From Geminicoccaceae bacterium (lineage in GTDB: Bacteria; Pseudomonadota; Alphaproteobacteria; Geminicoccales; Geminicoccaceae), in NCBI GenBank assembly GCA_007694015.1, contig RECO01000152.1, positions 7,660 through 71,659 on the forward strand: 64,000 nt of DNA. The letters run 5' to 3'. The notes beneath the pieces are model-generated. The model was not told the DNA's origin, searched no databases, and saw only the letters and a list, made by a program, of their open reading frames with translations. How positions within the stretch are numbered: position 1 is the stretch's first letter; each line of letters starts with the position of its first letter. This document shows, in pieces, positions 17,317 through 27,323 of the stretch. The translations under genes and the position numbers were made by a program.

Positions 17317-18456
17317 TCATTCCCCGCCAGGGGCGGAACGGAACAAAAATTCGCGGCCGAGCTTCACGCGTTGCTCGCCGTTGTAGGCGATGACGTCTGC
17401 CGTTGCATAGGTTTCACTCCAACGCTCGGGCAAATAAGAACCGGTGCCGATCAGGTCGATCGGGGCGCGCACGCTCGCCATGAGTTTGCACTTTTCCGGA
17501 TTGAAGCCGGAACTCGCGATGATTTTGACGTGTCGAAAGCCGGCTCGGTCCAAATGTTCGCGCAGGTGAAAAATGGCGGCAGCCGTGACGCCGGTGCCGG
17601 TCAGCCAGCGCAGTTCGTTTTGGGTGCGATAGGTGCGGATCGCATCGGGGGCATGGCGCTCCAGGACGTCGTAGGAGGCGGCCGTGTCGAGACCTTCGAC
17701 GAACCGCCCACCATGGGTGTCGAGCCTGACGCCCAAGCGGCCGGACTGGGCCAATTCGGGAAAGGCCTGGCAAACCTGGAGCGCGTCGGTCACCTCGCGG
17801 CCGAAATAGTCGACCAACACGTAGAGGGGGTCGTTCGGGAAGGTGGCATGGAACATGCGCGCCGCCTCCAGGGTGCTGCCGGCATAGCCGATCAGCGCAT
17901 GCGGCATCGTGCCCAGCCCCTTCTCCAGACCGAAATAGTGGGCGGTGGCGTCGTTGGCGGAGCCGATGAACCCCTTGGCGCCGCGCTCGCGCTGGGCACG
18001 CGCCGAACCGACGCTCGCCGCATAGGCCATCATGTCGGCCATCGGCGCACCGGCACAATGGCGTGCGTCCATGGCCAGGAACGAAACGTAGGGAAGATCG
18101 GTGCACATGGTGTAGGCGTTGAAGGCGGCGACGCACGGCGCGCCGAGCTGCTGCAGGAGCAGGGTCTCCAGATCGCACAATTCGTGCAGCGAGCCCGTCA
18201 CGTACATCAACGGCTCACCGGCACCGACCCAGGCCCCTTCCGGATGACACAGGTGGATGTCGAAGCGCACGCCGCGCACCTCGGCCATGTGCTCCAGCCA
18301 AGTCAGCGCGAGCCTCGGGCAGAAGATCACCGGCCGCCGCATGAAGACGGCATAAGTCACCGTGGCATCGCCATGGCGCGCCACGATCTCCCGCATCTTC
18401 AAGAAATACTTGTCAGTGAAGCGGGTAAAGGTGGCGGCGTCGCTCATCATCGCCAC
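17317..18456 (-). CDS. nicotinate phosphoribosyltransferase family protein (short, archaeal-like type)
   Basis: FTDKYFLKMREI..., GSANDATAHYFG, GTMPHALIGY and VRLDTHGG. The start is the GTG at 18456 immediately after the DAHP synthase stop, or an ATG 6-9 nt downstream. Confidence 0.75.
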   Translation of the reverse strand: MAMMSDAATFTRFTDKYFLKMREIVARHGDATVTYAVFMRRPVIFCPRLALTWLEHMAEVRGVRFDIHLCHPEGAWVGAGEPLMYVTGSLHELCDLETLLLQQLGAPCVAAFNAYTMCTDLPYVSFLAMDARHCAGAPMADMMAYAASVGSARAQRERGAKGFIGSANDATAHYFGLEKGLGTMPHALIGYAGSTLEAARMFHATFPNDPLYVLVDYFGREVTDALQVCQAFPELAQSGRLGVRLDTHGGRFVEGLDTAASYDVLERHAPDAIRTYRTQNELRWLTGTGVTAAAIFHLREHLDRAGFRHVKIIASSGFNPEKCKLMASVRAPIDLIGTGSYLPERWSETYATADVIAYNGEQRVKLGREFLFRSAPGGE

Positions 18457-19899
18457 TCAGAACGCGGCGCGTTGAGCCGCGCGGTCGGCACGCAGGGCCT
18501 CGGCCGTCAAGAACGCCAATTCGAGGCTCTGTTGCGCGTTGAGCCGCGGATCGCAATGGGTGTGGTAGCGATCCGCCAACTGCTCGTTGGTGATCGCTTG
18601 GGCGCCGCCGATGCACTCGGTAACGTCCTGGCCGGTCATCTCCACGTGCAGGCCGCCCGGATAGCTGCCCTCCGCTTCATGGACGGCGAAGGTCCGGCGC
18701 ACCTCGTCGAGGATCGTGTCGAACGGCCGGGTCTTGTAGCCGTTGGCCGACTTGATCGTGTTGCCGTGCATCGGATCGCAGGTCCAAACGACGTTGCGCC
18801 CCTCACGCATCACCGCGCGCACCAGGTTCGGCAGACAGGCCTCGACCTTGTCGGCACCGAACCGGGTGATGATGGTGAGCCGCCCCGCCGCGTTGGCCGG
18901 GTCGAGCCGGTCGATCAGGCGCAAGAGATCGTCGGGCTCCATGGTCGGGCCGGCCTTGAGGCCGATCGGGTTGGCGATGCCCCGGCAGAATTCGACGTGC
19001 GCGCCGTCGAGCTGGCGGGTTCGGTCGCCGATCCAGAGCATGTGCGCCGAAGTCGCGTACCAATCGCCCGAGGTCGAATCGATCCGCGTCAAAGCCTGCT
19101 CGTAGCCCAAAAGCAGGGCTTCGTGGCTGGTGTAGAAGCTGGTGCGCTTGATCTCGGGCGTCGACAGGTCACTCACGCCGCAGGCGCGCATGAACGCCAA
19201 GGCGTCGGTGATCTGGTTGGCAAAGGTCTGATAACGCTGCCCCTGCGGCGAGCGCTCGCAAAAGCCCATGTTCCAGCTGTGCACCCGCTCCAAAGAAGCA
19301 TAGCCACCCTCGGTGAAGGCGCGAAGCAGGTTCAAGGTCGCGGCCGCCTGGGCGTAGGCCGAGAGCTGGCGTTTGGGCTGCGGCGCCCGCGCGGCGGGCT
19401 CGAACGGCAGTTCGTTGACGATGTCGCCGCGATAGCTCGGCAGTTCGAGGTCGCCTTGGCGCTCGGTGTCGGACGACCGTGGCTTGGCGAACTGGCCAGC
19501 CATCCGGCCGACCTTTACCACCGGCATGCCGGCGCCATAGGTCAAGACCACCGCCATTTGCAACAGCACCCGCAACGAATCGCGGATCTTGTCGGCGTTG
19601 AAGTCGGCGAAGGCCTCGGCGCAGTCACCGCCCTGAATCAAAAAGGCCTTGCCAGCCGCAACCTCGGCCAGCTTCGCCCGCAGGCTGCGGGCTTCGCCGG
19701 CAAAGACCAAGGGCGGGTAGGTCGAAAGCTCCGCCTCGACCGCGATCAACGTCTCGGCGTCGGCATAGGCCGGCATCTGCTCGGCCTTGCGCTGACGCCA
19801 GCTCGCCGGGTGCCAATCGGTCGCCTTTTCGAGCGCCACGCGCGGCGCGGCTTGGTCGCTGGTGGCGGGCTGCCAGCTCGTGTCCATCACCATCTCCAT
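18457..19899 (-). CDS. class II 3-deoxy-7-phosphoheptulonate (DAHP) synthase
   Basis: [50 protein letters not shown] and CDPMHGN. The start is taken at MEMVMDTSW. The upstream 67 codons of the track ORF are an artefact. Confidence 0.9.
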   Translation of the reverse strand: MEMVMDTSWQPATSDQAAPRVALEKATDWHPASWRQRKAEQMPAYADAETLIAVEAELSTYPPLVFAGEARSLRAKLAEVAAGKAFLIQGGDCAEAFADFNADKIRDSLRVLLQMAVVLTYGAGMPVVKVGRMAGQFAKPRSSDTERQGDLELPSYRGDIVNELPFEPAARAPQPKRQLSAYAQAAATLNLLRAFTEGGYASLERVHSWNMGFCERSPQGQRYQTFANQITDALAFMRACGVSDLSTPEIKRTSFYTSHEALLLGYEQALTRIDSTSGDWYATSAHMLWIGDRTRQLDGAHVEFCRGIANPIGLKAGPTMEPDDLLRLIDRLDPANAAGRLTIITRFGADKVEACLPNLVRAVMREGRNVVWTCDPMHGNTIKSANGYKTRPFDTILDEVRRTFAVHEAEGSYPGGLHVEMTGQDVTECIGGAQAITNEQLADRYHTHCDPRLNAQQSLELAFLTAEALRADRAAQRAAF

Positions 19900-19915
19900 C
19901 CTTGGACGGATGGCT

Positions 19916-21229
19916 TTAGCCCAGGCCTTTGGCGAGCGCCAACAGTTCTTCGGCGAGCCCGTGCGGAGCCGCCACCGTGCGTCGCAGTCGGGGCAGATCG
20001 GCCCCCGCCCCCAGCGCCAGGGCAAGGCCCTGCACCAAGGCACCCGCCCCCTCCCCGACCAGGTGACAGCCGAGCAGCCGTCCGCTGTGCCGGTCCGCAA
20101 CGAGCTTCACGAAGCCGGCCCCGCCTTGACGGCCGTCGGCCAACACGTCGAACCCAAGGGCGCGCGCCCTCGCCTCCCCCAAGCCGACCGCGGCAATTTC
20201 GGGCCGTCCCTGGACGATGATCGGCACGTGATCGTAGTCGAGCGGGGGCGGCGGGCTCGGATCGAAAAGATGTTCCACCACCGCCTCGCCCTCGGCAACG
20301 GCCACCGCGCCGAAATCGAAGGTGGAGCCGTCGAGGCCCTGACCGGCGTGGTCGGCGCAATCGCCGATGGCATGCAGCCCCGACACGCTGGCCGCGTAGC
20401 GGACGTCGACCTGCACCGCACCATCGACCGTCAAGCGGACGCCGAACCGTGCGAGGTCGAGCCCGGCCGTGTTGGGTTTGGGCGCCCGCTCGGCGGCGAA
20501 GGCGACGCGATCGCACCGGCAGGTCCCGGCCGTCGTTGCCACGACCCGGGTCGGACCATCGGCGGCGATGCCGATGACCTCGGTCTCCGGCCGCAACCGC
20601 ACCCCCAGGTTCGAGAGGCGGTCGCCGACGACGCGCCGAAGGTCGTCGTCGAAGCCGCCGAGCGGCTCGGCTTCGGGCAGGATCAAGGTGACGTCGACGC
20701 CGAAGCTCCGCAACAAGGCGGCCTGAGCGGTTGCGATGTAGCCGCCACCGACGATGACCACACGGCTCGGCAAGGGCCCATCGTCCGCGTAGAGGGCTTC
20801 GGCCGGCTCGATCAACCCGCCGCCCCAGGCCGGCCAGGTCGGGCTTGCGCCCACGGCCAAGACGAGATGGGGTGCCTCGAGGCGGCCGCGTCGGGTGGCG
20901 AGGACGGCACCGGCATCGAGCCGCTCCAGGGCCGCGCGCTCGGCGATGACCTCGACGCCGGCTTCGTCCAGTTCCGCGACCAGGGCCGCCAGCGCTTCAC
21001 CCACCGCTCGATCCCGCCGGACCTGAAACGCCCGAAACGCCGCGGCCGGGTCAGGCAGATCGCTGGCGCGCGCCGCTTGCGCCAAAAAACGTTTGGGCAG
21101 CCAGCCGCGAATGGCCCGGCCCTGCCGCCAATCCGCGTCGACCAGCGCCACCTTGGCGCCCAACTGAGCAGCGCGGCGGGCCGAGGCCACGCCCCCCGGC
21201 CCGCCACCCAAGACGATCAGGTCGAACAA
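19916..21229 (-). CDS. FAD-dependent pyridine nucleotide-disulfide oxidoreductase homologue lacking the redox-active CxxxxC
   Basis: TTG start. FAD GxGxxG motif [14 protein letters not shown] site [10 protein letters not shown], and a dimerisation domain. [11 protein letters not shown] sits where GGTCVNVGCVPKK is expected. Confidence 0.8.
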   Translation of the reverse strand: MFDLIVLGGGPGGVASARRAAQLGAKVALVDADWRQGRAIRGWLPKRFLAQAARASDLPDPAAAFRAFQVRRDRAVGEALAALVAELDEAGVEVIAERAALERLDAGAVLATRRGRLEAPHLVLAVGASPTWPAWGGGLIEPAEALYADDGPLPSRVVIVGGGYIATAQAALLRSFGVDVTLILPEAEPLGGFDDDLRRVVGDRLSNLGVRLRPETEVIGIAADGPTRVVATTAGTCRCDRVAFAAERAPKPNTAGLDLARFGVRLTVDGAVQVDVRYAASVSGLHAIGDCADHAGQGLDGSTFDFGAVAVAEGEAVVEHLFDPSPPPPLDYDHVPIIVQGRPEIAAVGLGEARARALGFDVLADGRQGGAGFVKLVADRHSGRLLGCHLVGEGAGALVQGLALALGAGADLPRLRRTVAAPHGLAEELLALAKGLG

Positions 21230-21241
21230 AGCCGTCAGCTT

Positions 21242-22726
21242 CTAGCGATCGAGACCACCGATACTGACGTATTTGATCTCCAGGAAGTCATCGAGGCCGT
21301 ATTTCGAGCCCTCCCGGCCGAGCCCGCTTTCCTTGAAGCCGCCGAAGGGTGCCACCTCGGTCGAGACCACGCCGTCGTTGACACCGACGATGCCGACCTC
21401 GAGCGCCTCCGCCACCCGCATGATGCGGCCGACGTCGCGGGCGTAGAAATACCCCGCGAGGCCGACCTCGCTGTCGTTGGCAAGCGCGATCGCCTCGTCT
21501 TCGGTTTCGAAGCGGAAGATGGGCGCCACCGGGCCGAAGGTCTCTTCGTGGGCGATCACCATGTCGGGCGTGCAGCCGGCGAGCACGGTGGGCTGGAAGA
21601 ACTGGTCACCAGCCGCATGCGGCTTGCCGCCGGTGACCAGCCGAGCACCTTTGGCCAATGCATCCTCGACGTGTGCCTGGGCCTTCTTGACGGCGTCGGT
21701 GTCGATCAACGGGCCGATCTGGACGCCAGTTTCCAGGCCGTTGCCGACCTTCAGCGCCGCCACTTTGGCCGCGAACTTCTCGGCAAAGGCGTCATGCACA
21801 CCGGCTTGGACGTAGAGCCGGTTCATGCAGACGCAGGTCTGCCCGGCATTGCGGAACTTCGAGGCGATGGCCCCCTCGACCGCGGCATCGAGATCGGCGT
21901 CGTCGAACACGATGAAGGGCGCGTGGCCGCCGAGTTCGAGGCTCACCTTCTTCACCGTCGAGGCGCACTGCTCCAAGAGGATCTTGCCGACCTCGGTCGA
22001 GCCGGTGAACGAGATCTTGCGCACGGTCCTGTTCGAGGTCAGTTCGCCGCCGATCGCGCTCGAGCTGCCGGTGACCATGTTGACGACGCCCTTGGGAAAG
22101 CCCGCCCGCGCGGCGAGTTCGACCGCAGCCAAGGCCGTCAGCGGCGTCAGGCCGGCAGGCTTGATCACCACGGTGCAGCCCACCGCCAAGGCCGGTGCCG
22201 CTTTGCGCGTGATCATGGCGAGGGGGAAATTCCAGGGCGTGATCATGCCGCAGACGCCGATCGGCTGCCGCATGACGAGGATGCGCCGGCTCGAAAACGG
22301 CGACGGAATGGTGTCGCCGTACACCCGCTTCGCCTCTTCAGCGAACCACTCGACGAACGCCGCCCCGTAGGCCACTTCACCCTTGGCCTCCGCCAGGGGC
22401 TTACCCTGCTCCAGGGTCATCAACATGGCGAGGTCGTCGGCATTCTCCGTGAGCAGATCGAACCAACGGCGGAGCAGCCGCGCCCGTTCCTTGGCGGTCT
22501 CCTGGCGCCAGCCGACCAACGCTCGATCGGCCGCCTCGATGGCGTGGCGCGTCTCCGCGGCCCCGCACATCGGCACCTCGGCAAGCACCTTGCCATCGAC
22601 CGGGTTGGTGACGGCGAAACGCTTGCCGCTGTCGGCCGCGACCCAGGCACCGTCGATGTAGCAGGCGTCGCGGAGCAGGCTCGGGTCCTTCAGGCGGTGG
22701 CGCGGATCGTCGAGAGCGATGGCCAT
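21242..22726 (-). CDS. gabD: NAD(P)-dependent succinate-semialdehyde dehydrogenase
   Basis: Aldehyde dehydrogenase motifs ELGGHAPFIV and FRNAGQTCVCMNR, with a GabD-like N-terminus. A strong SD (AGAAGGAGG) lies upstream. Confidence 0.9.
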   Translation of the reverse strand: MAIALDDPRHRLKDPSLLRDACYIDGAWVAADSGKRFAVTNPVDGKVLAEVPMCGAAETRHAIEAADRALVGWRQETAKERARLLRRWFDLLTENADDLAMLMTLEQGKPLAEAKGEVAYGAAFVEWFAEEAKRVYGDTIPSPFSSRRILVMRQPIGVCGMITPWNFPLAMITRKAAPALAVGCTVVIKPAGLTPLTALAAVELAARAGFPKGVVNMVTGSSSAIGGELTSNRTVRKISFTGSTEVGKILLEQCASTVKKVSLELGGHAPFIVFDDADLDAAVEGAIASKFRNAGQTCVCMNRLYVQAGVHDAFAEKFAAKVAALKVGNGLETGVQIGPLIDTDAVKKAQAHVEDALAKGARLVTGGKPHAAGDQFFQPTVLAGCTPDMVIAHEETFGPVAPIFRFETEDEAIALANDSEVGLAGYFYARDVGRIMRVAEALEVGIVGVNDGVVSTEVAPFGGFKESGLGREGSKYGLDDFLEIKYVSIGGLDR

Positions 22727-22776
22727 GGGTGCCTCCTTCTTGGTTGTCGACGGCGTAGACTAAGCGCGTTTCGTGT

Positions 22777-23505
22777 TCAGGCCAAATGCGCCGCCAAGCG
22801 CCGGGCGAATTCCGGGTAGCTCTCGGCGAGCGCGGTCGCAACCGGGCCGCGCAGCAGGGCCAAGTCGTCGGTCGTCGGCCCTGGCCATGGCGGCACCGAC
22901 GGCACCTGGTCGAAGGCGAAACCGGTGGCCCGTTGGATCGTCTCGATCGGGGTGTCCGGTTGGCGCGCCTCCAGCCGGAACCGCCCGATGGCCCGATCGA
23001 AGGCGAACAGGGCCAGCGAGGTCAGGAGATGGCTCGGGCCGCCCGGCCTGAACACGCCAGGCGGGCTGGTGCCGGGCGCACTGATGAAATCGACCCGCTC
23101 GACCAGCGTCCGTGGGCTGTGCTCCTCGCGAAACAGGATCACACGCGGTACCACGTAAGCGAGATACGCGGCACCGAAGCATCCGGGAAACCGTTTGTCG
23201 AGGCGGGGATAGGTGCCGGTGCCGACCAGGTTGACGTTGGCTTGGCCGTCGATCTGGACACCGCCCAGGAAGAACACGTCGATCCGTCCCTGGCCAGCAA
23301 GGTCGAACAACTCGCGGCTGCCGTCGGTGAAGGGATTGTATCGCCGGCTGTGCAGCAGCGTGACCCGCGTGCCATGCCGCACCTTCGCCATGAGCGCGGC
23401 CGCGGCCGGCAGCGGCGAAGCCGCACCCACGGCAACGTGACGCGCCGAACCGATCAGCCGCGCCAGCAGCGTGATCAACCACGCGTCGCTTGAACCCGTC
23501 GTCAT
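22777..23505 (-). CDS. CoA-transferase subunit B (glutaconate/3-oxoacid CoA-transferase-like)
   Basis: Internal start MTTGSSDAWLITLLARLI..., then VFFLGGVQIDGQANVNLVG. 4-nt overlap with subunit A. Confidence 0.8.
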   Translation of the reverse strand: MTTGSSDAWLITLLARLIGSARHVAVGAASPLPAAAALMAKVRHGTRVTLLHSRRYNPFTDGSRELFDLAGQGRIDVFFLGGVQIDGQANVNLVGTGTYPRLDKRFPGCFGAAYLAYVVPRVILFREEHSPRTLVERVDFISAPGTSPPGVFRPGGPSHLLTSLALFAFDRAIGRFRLEARQPDTPIETIQRATGFAFDQVPSVPPWPGPTTDDLALLRGPVATALAESYPEFARRLAAHLA

Positions 23506-24308
23506 GCCGGCACCCCCGCCAAGGTTCCGTCGAGCCAGGTCCGAAAGCCCGCGGCGGTGCGGGCGGCCTTGGCGTAGGCGCGCATGGCCGCGCCATCGAC
23601 CGGGTAGCGATCGCCGAGGCCCAGTGGCCACGCCCCCTGCGGCACCGTGGCAATGGCCTCGACGTAGAGGCTGGACAGGGCTCCCGCCGCCGTCTCCTCG
23701 CGCTCGAAGAACGAGCCGCCGACCACCCTCTCGACCGTCACCAGCGAGCGCTCGGCGGCATGCGCCAAGGTGGCGAGTTCCCGCCGCCGGCCGATCCAGA
23801 CATTGCCCTCTTGATCGGCGAGCGGGGCATGGAAGATCGCGACGTCGAGCCGGGTGGCCGGCACGAGCACGATCGGATCGCCCGGCTGCAGCGGGTTGTC
23901 CACGACCCGCCAGTCCGCGCGGTGGGCGAGAAGATCCGAGCCCAACAGCCCACGCATCGGCATGAAGGGGATGCCGCGCTCGGTCGCGGTCAACTGGGCG
24001 TGCATGGCAGGACAGGTGCTGTCTTTGACCTTGATCGTGCCCGCCTCCACCGCGCGGCTGAAACAGGGGGCAAGGCCGAACTCGCCCAAGCTGACCGCCG
24101 AGGTCTCGATTTGGACCACGGCGCCGGCACCGATCAGCACATCGACCTGCAGGCTCCCGGTCGGCAGGCAGAAGAGGCGCAAGTCCCGCACCTTGCGTCG
24201 CAGCAAAGCGAGCGTCAGGGCCATCGGCACGCCCGAATAGTCCGCCGGCACGCCGATCAACGCACCGTTCGGCAGCCGTGCCGCCAAGTCATCCACGCCG
24301 CCCTGCAT
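23502..24308 (-). CDS. CoA-transferase subunit A
   Basis: Internal start MQGGVDDLAARLPNGALIGV..., then SAVSLGEFGLAP and GIPFMPMRGLLGSDL. Confidence 0.8.
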   Translation of the reverse strand: MQGGVDDLAARLPNGALIGVPADYSGVPMALTLALLRRKVRDLRLFCLPTGSLQVDVLIGAGAVVQIETSAVSLGEFGLAPCFSRAVEAGTIKVKDSTCPAMHAQLTATERGIPFMPMRGLLGSDLLAHRADWRVVDNPLQPGDPIVLVPATRLDVAIFHAPLADQEGNVWIGRRRELATLAHAAERSLVTVERVVGGSFFEREETAAGALSSLYVEAIATVPQGAWPLGLGDRYPVDGAAMRAYAKAARTAAGFRTWLDGTLAGVPA

Positions 24309-24368
24309 CACCGCCTCCCCCTTGGTGATTATCGTGCTACAGCAGCCAAACTTGGACGGGGAGAGGAC

Positions 24369-25568
24369 ATGACGGGGTTCGGCGCGCTTCGTGGGCTCAA
24401 GGTGGTCGATCTGACCCGGGTGCTGGGGGGGCCTTACGGCACCCAAATCCTGGCGGATCACGGCGCCGAGGTGATCAAGATCGAGCCGCCGCAGGGCGAC
24501 GAGGTGCGCGACTGGGGCCCGCCCTTCGACGCCGACGGCACCGCCTCGTACTTTCTGGGCGTCAACCGCAACAAGCGCTCGCTTGGCCTCGACTTGGCCA
24601 AGGCCGAGGGGCGCGAGGTGCTGCTCCGGCTTCTTGCCGAAGCCGATGTCTTGATCGAGAACTTCAAACCCGGCTCGATGGAGAAGTGGGGCCTGGGCTA
24701 CGAGGAGGTGCTGCAACGTCGCTTTCCACGCCTCATCCACGCCCGCATTTCGGGCTTCGGCGCTGACGGCCCCTATGGCGGGTTGCCGGGTTACGACGCC
24801 ATCATCCAGGCGATGGCTGGCCATTTCAGCGTCAACGGTGACGAACGCTCGGGGCCGACCCGCATGGGCATCCCCTTGGTCGACATCGGCACGGGCCTCT
24901 ACACGGCCCTCGGCATCCTGATGGCGGTGATCGAGCGAGCGCGCTCCGGTGCCGGCCAATTCCTCGACATGACGCTCTACGACTGCGGTGTGGCGCTGAT
25001 GTTCCCGCACATCCCGAACTACGTCTTGTCGGGCAAATTACCGGGCCTGACCGGCAACGCGCATCCCAACATCTGCCCCTACGACAAGTTCGAAACCCAG
25101 GGCGGGCCGATCTTCATCGCCGTCGGCAACAACCGCGCCTTCGCGCGCTTCACCGAAGCGATCGGCACACCCGAACTCGCAGCCGACCCGCGCTTCGCCA
25201 GCAACGGCGATCGCTTGCGCCACAAGGCGGAGTTGACGGCACTCCTGGAAGCCCGATTGCGCGACGTGGATGGCCCCGCCCTCTGTACCGAGCTTTTGGC
25301 CAAGGGCGTGCCGGCAGGCCCCGTGCAGAACACCCAGGACGTGTGGGACAACCCCCACACCCACCACCGCCACATGGCCGTGGAGCAGGCCGGCTATCGG
25401 AATTTCGGCACGCCCATCAAGTTCTCGCGCACGCCGGGCGCCGTGCAAGCGGTGCCGCCGCGGTTCGGCGAGAACGGCCGCGCGATCCTTCGCGAGGCCG
25501 GCTTCGACGATGCCGAAATCGAAGCCATGATCGAGGCGGATGTGGTGCTGGAACGTCGACGCACGTGA
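24369..25568 (+). CDS. CaiB/BaiF family III CoA-transferase
   Basis: LRGLKVVDLTRVLGGPYGTQILADHGAEVIKIEPP, NRNKRSLGLDL and ENFKPG. The ATG is at 24369. Confidence 0.9.
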   Translation: MTGFGALRGLKVVDLTRVLGGPYGTQILADHGAEVIKIEPPQGDEVRDWGPPFDADGTASYFLGVNRNKRSLGLDLAKAEGREVLLRLLAEADVLIENFKPGSMEKWGLGYEEVLQRRFPRLIHARISGFGADGPYGGLPGYDAIIQAMAGHFSVNGDERSGPTRMGIPLVDIGTGLYTALGILMAVIERARSGAGQFLDMTLYDCGVALMFPHIPNYVLSGKLPGLTGNAHPNICPYDKFETQGGPIFIAVGNNRAFARFTEAIGTPELAADPRFASNGDRLRHKAELTALLEARLRDVDGPALCTELLAKGVPAGPVQNTQDVWDNPHTHHRHMAVEQAGYRNFGTPIKFSRTPGAVQAVPPRFGENGRAILREAGFDDAEIEAMIEADVVLERRRT

Positions 25569-25579
25569 GCCGGCGCGCG

Positions 25580-25597
25580 GCCCCGCTGCCTCGGGGC
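25580..25597. terminator. short GC hairpin between convergent genes
   Basis: GCCCCG-CTGCCT-CGGGGC lies between the caiB-like stop (25568) and the GGDEF gene stop (25603). There is no clear U-tract. Confidence 0.3.
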
Positions 25598-25602
25598 GGC
25601 GG

Positions 25603-27090
25603 TCAGTGCTGCAACACGAGCCGCCTGCTCGGGCGGGCGACGGGCGGCTGGGCTGGCGATGGGCGGTCGATGGTGACGCGGTTGCGGCCGGTGCGCTTGC
25701 TTGCATAGAGGGCGCGATCGGCCGCAGCGATCAAGCCGTCGGTCGTACCCGCGTCGCGGCTGCAGGCAACCCCGGCGCTGACCGTCAGGCCAATGACGGC
25801 GCCATCGGGCAACTCGATGGGCGTGGCGGCCACGACATGGCGCAGCCGCTCCGCAACCTTGGCCGCCCCCAGAGCATCGGTCGCTGGCAAATAGGCCAGG
25901 AATTCCTCGCCGCCGAAGCGAGCCCAGCAATCGCTCTCACGGGCCACGAAGCGGCACAGCCGCGCCATGGATCGCAGGGCTGCGTCGCCCGCGGCGTGTC
26001 CATGCACGTCGTTGACCCGCTTGAAGTGATCGATGTCGATGAGAACGACGGCAAAACCCGGCACGGCCGGCGCTGGCCTTTGCCAGGCGCGATCGATCCG
26101 GGCGGTCACGTGCTCGCGATTGGCGAGGCCGGTCAGGCCGTCGGTGCGCGTGCGACGCTCCAACTGCTCCTCGCGCAAGAGGGCGACCACCAAGGGGCGA
26201 ACCGCCCAAAGGCTCAGCCCCAATATGGCGAGGCCGACCGGGGCGAGGACCACCGCGAGGCGACGAAACATTGCTTCGATCGGCTGAAAAAAGGCCTGTT
26301 GCTCGACGACCGCATAAAGCCCCAGCTCGGGCACCGCGGTGCCCGTCCGGGTAATTTCGCCCGCACCGTCACCGTGCGGCCCGACCACGTCGTCGACGCG
26401 CTCGATCAGCACCCGACGCAATGCCACCGCATCCTCCGCCGTCGGCGCGACCACGATGCCGTAACGCTCGGCGGCCACCGCGAGCAAGCGATGCGGACGG
26501 ACATTGGCTTCCAAAAAAGCGCGGACCTGCAGGTCCGAGAGCGTCAGCACGTCGAACCCGACGCGGCCGAACATCGGATCGTCGATCGGCGAACAGTAGA
26601 GAAAGACGAGCCCATGCGCACCCCGCCGCACCGGCAAGGTCAGGACGTCTTGGCCGAGGTGACGCGCACAGGCCTCGATCGCCGCCACCGCTGGCGGGCG
26701 GCCGACCGCGAGGAGCGCCGTCCCATCGGGTGCAAAGCGGTGAACCCCAAGGACATGGTGGTTGGCATTCACCGCATCGGCGAGCTTGGCGGTCGCGAAC
26801 GCGACCAGCTCGATTGCCGAGAGCCGCCCGCCCAGGTGCGCGATCTGCGCGTTGCGGATGGCGGTTCGGCTGGCGGCTTGGCGGGCGATGTCGTGATGCT
26901 GTTCGATCAGGGCATCGAATTGCCAGCGTGCGTGTTCCAGGTCGGCCGCGAGCGTCGCTTCGTGGGTCGCCCGGATGTGCCGCTCCAGCGGCCGCAAGCC
27001 CAACGTGTAGAAGCTGAGCGCGACCATGCAGACACTCAACACGACGAGCCCGTAGAGCTTCGCAATCGAACAGCGGTGAACGGTGTGCAT
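25603..27090 (-). CDS. membrane-anchored diguanylate cyclase (GGDEF)
   Basis: N-terminal TM helix and sensor region, a second TM helix, then DGLTGLANR...RFGGEEFLAYL. Confidence 0.85.
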   Translation of the reverse strand: MHTVHRCSIAKLYGLVVLSVCMVALSFYTLGLRPLERHIRATHEATLAADLEHARWQFDALIEQHHDIARQAASRTAIRNAQIAHLGGRLSAIELVAFATAKLADAVNANHHVLGVHRFAPDGTALLAVGRPPAVAAIEACARHLGQDVLTLPVRRGAHGLVFLYCSPIDDPMFGRVGFDVLTLSDLQVRAFLEANVRPHRLLAVAAERYGIVVAPTAEDAVALRRVLIERVDDVVGPHGDGAGEITRTGTAVPELGLYAVVEQQAFFQPIEAMFRRLAVVLAPVGLAILGLSLWAVRPLVVALLREEQLERRTRTDGLTGLANREHVTARIDRAWQRPAPAVPGFAVVLIDIDHFKRVNDVHGHAAGDAALRSMARLCRFVARESDCWARFGGEEFLAYLPATDALGAAKVAERLRHVVAATPIELPDGAVIGLTVSAGVACSRDAGTTDGLIAAADRALYASKRTGRNRVTIDRPSPAQPPVARPSRRLVLQH

Positions 27091-27323
27091 CCAAATGCTC
27101 CCCTTCGCCGGCTAAAGCACGACCGGAACGCGCGGTTGGTCGCGGGTCGCAAGCGCGAGGCAGCAGGAATCGACCATGCATGGCACCTTGGGTCCAGGAG
27201 CATCGACAGGCTAGCCCGCCATTCTTAAAGAATTGCCTAGGGGGCTGGACGGATGCACACCTGCTCCACGCTCGTTTTATGAAACTAAACCTATCACAAA
27301 AGCAGCAGGGAAGGACGGGGACG

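Noticed and set aside
27181-27196. TGGCAC at 27181, resembling the -24 element of a sigma-54 promoter upstream of the aldolase gene
   Set aside because: The -12 element is missing: GTCC appears where TTGC should follow after 5 nt.
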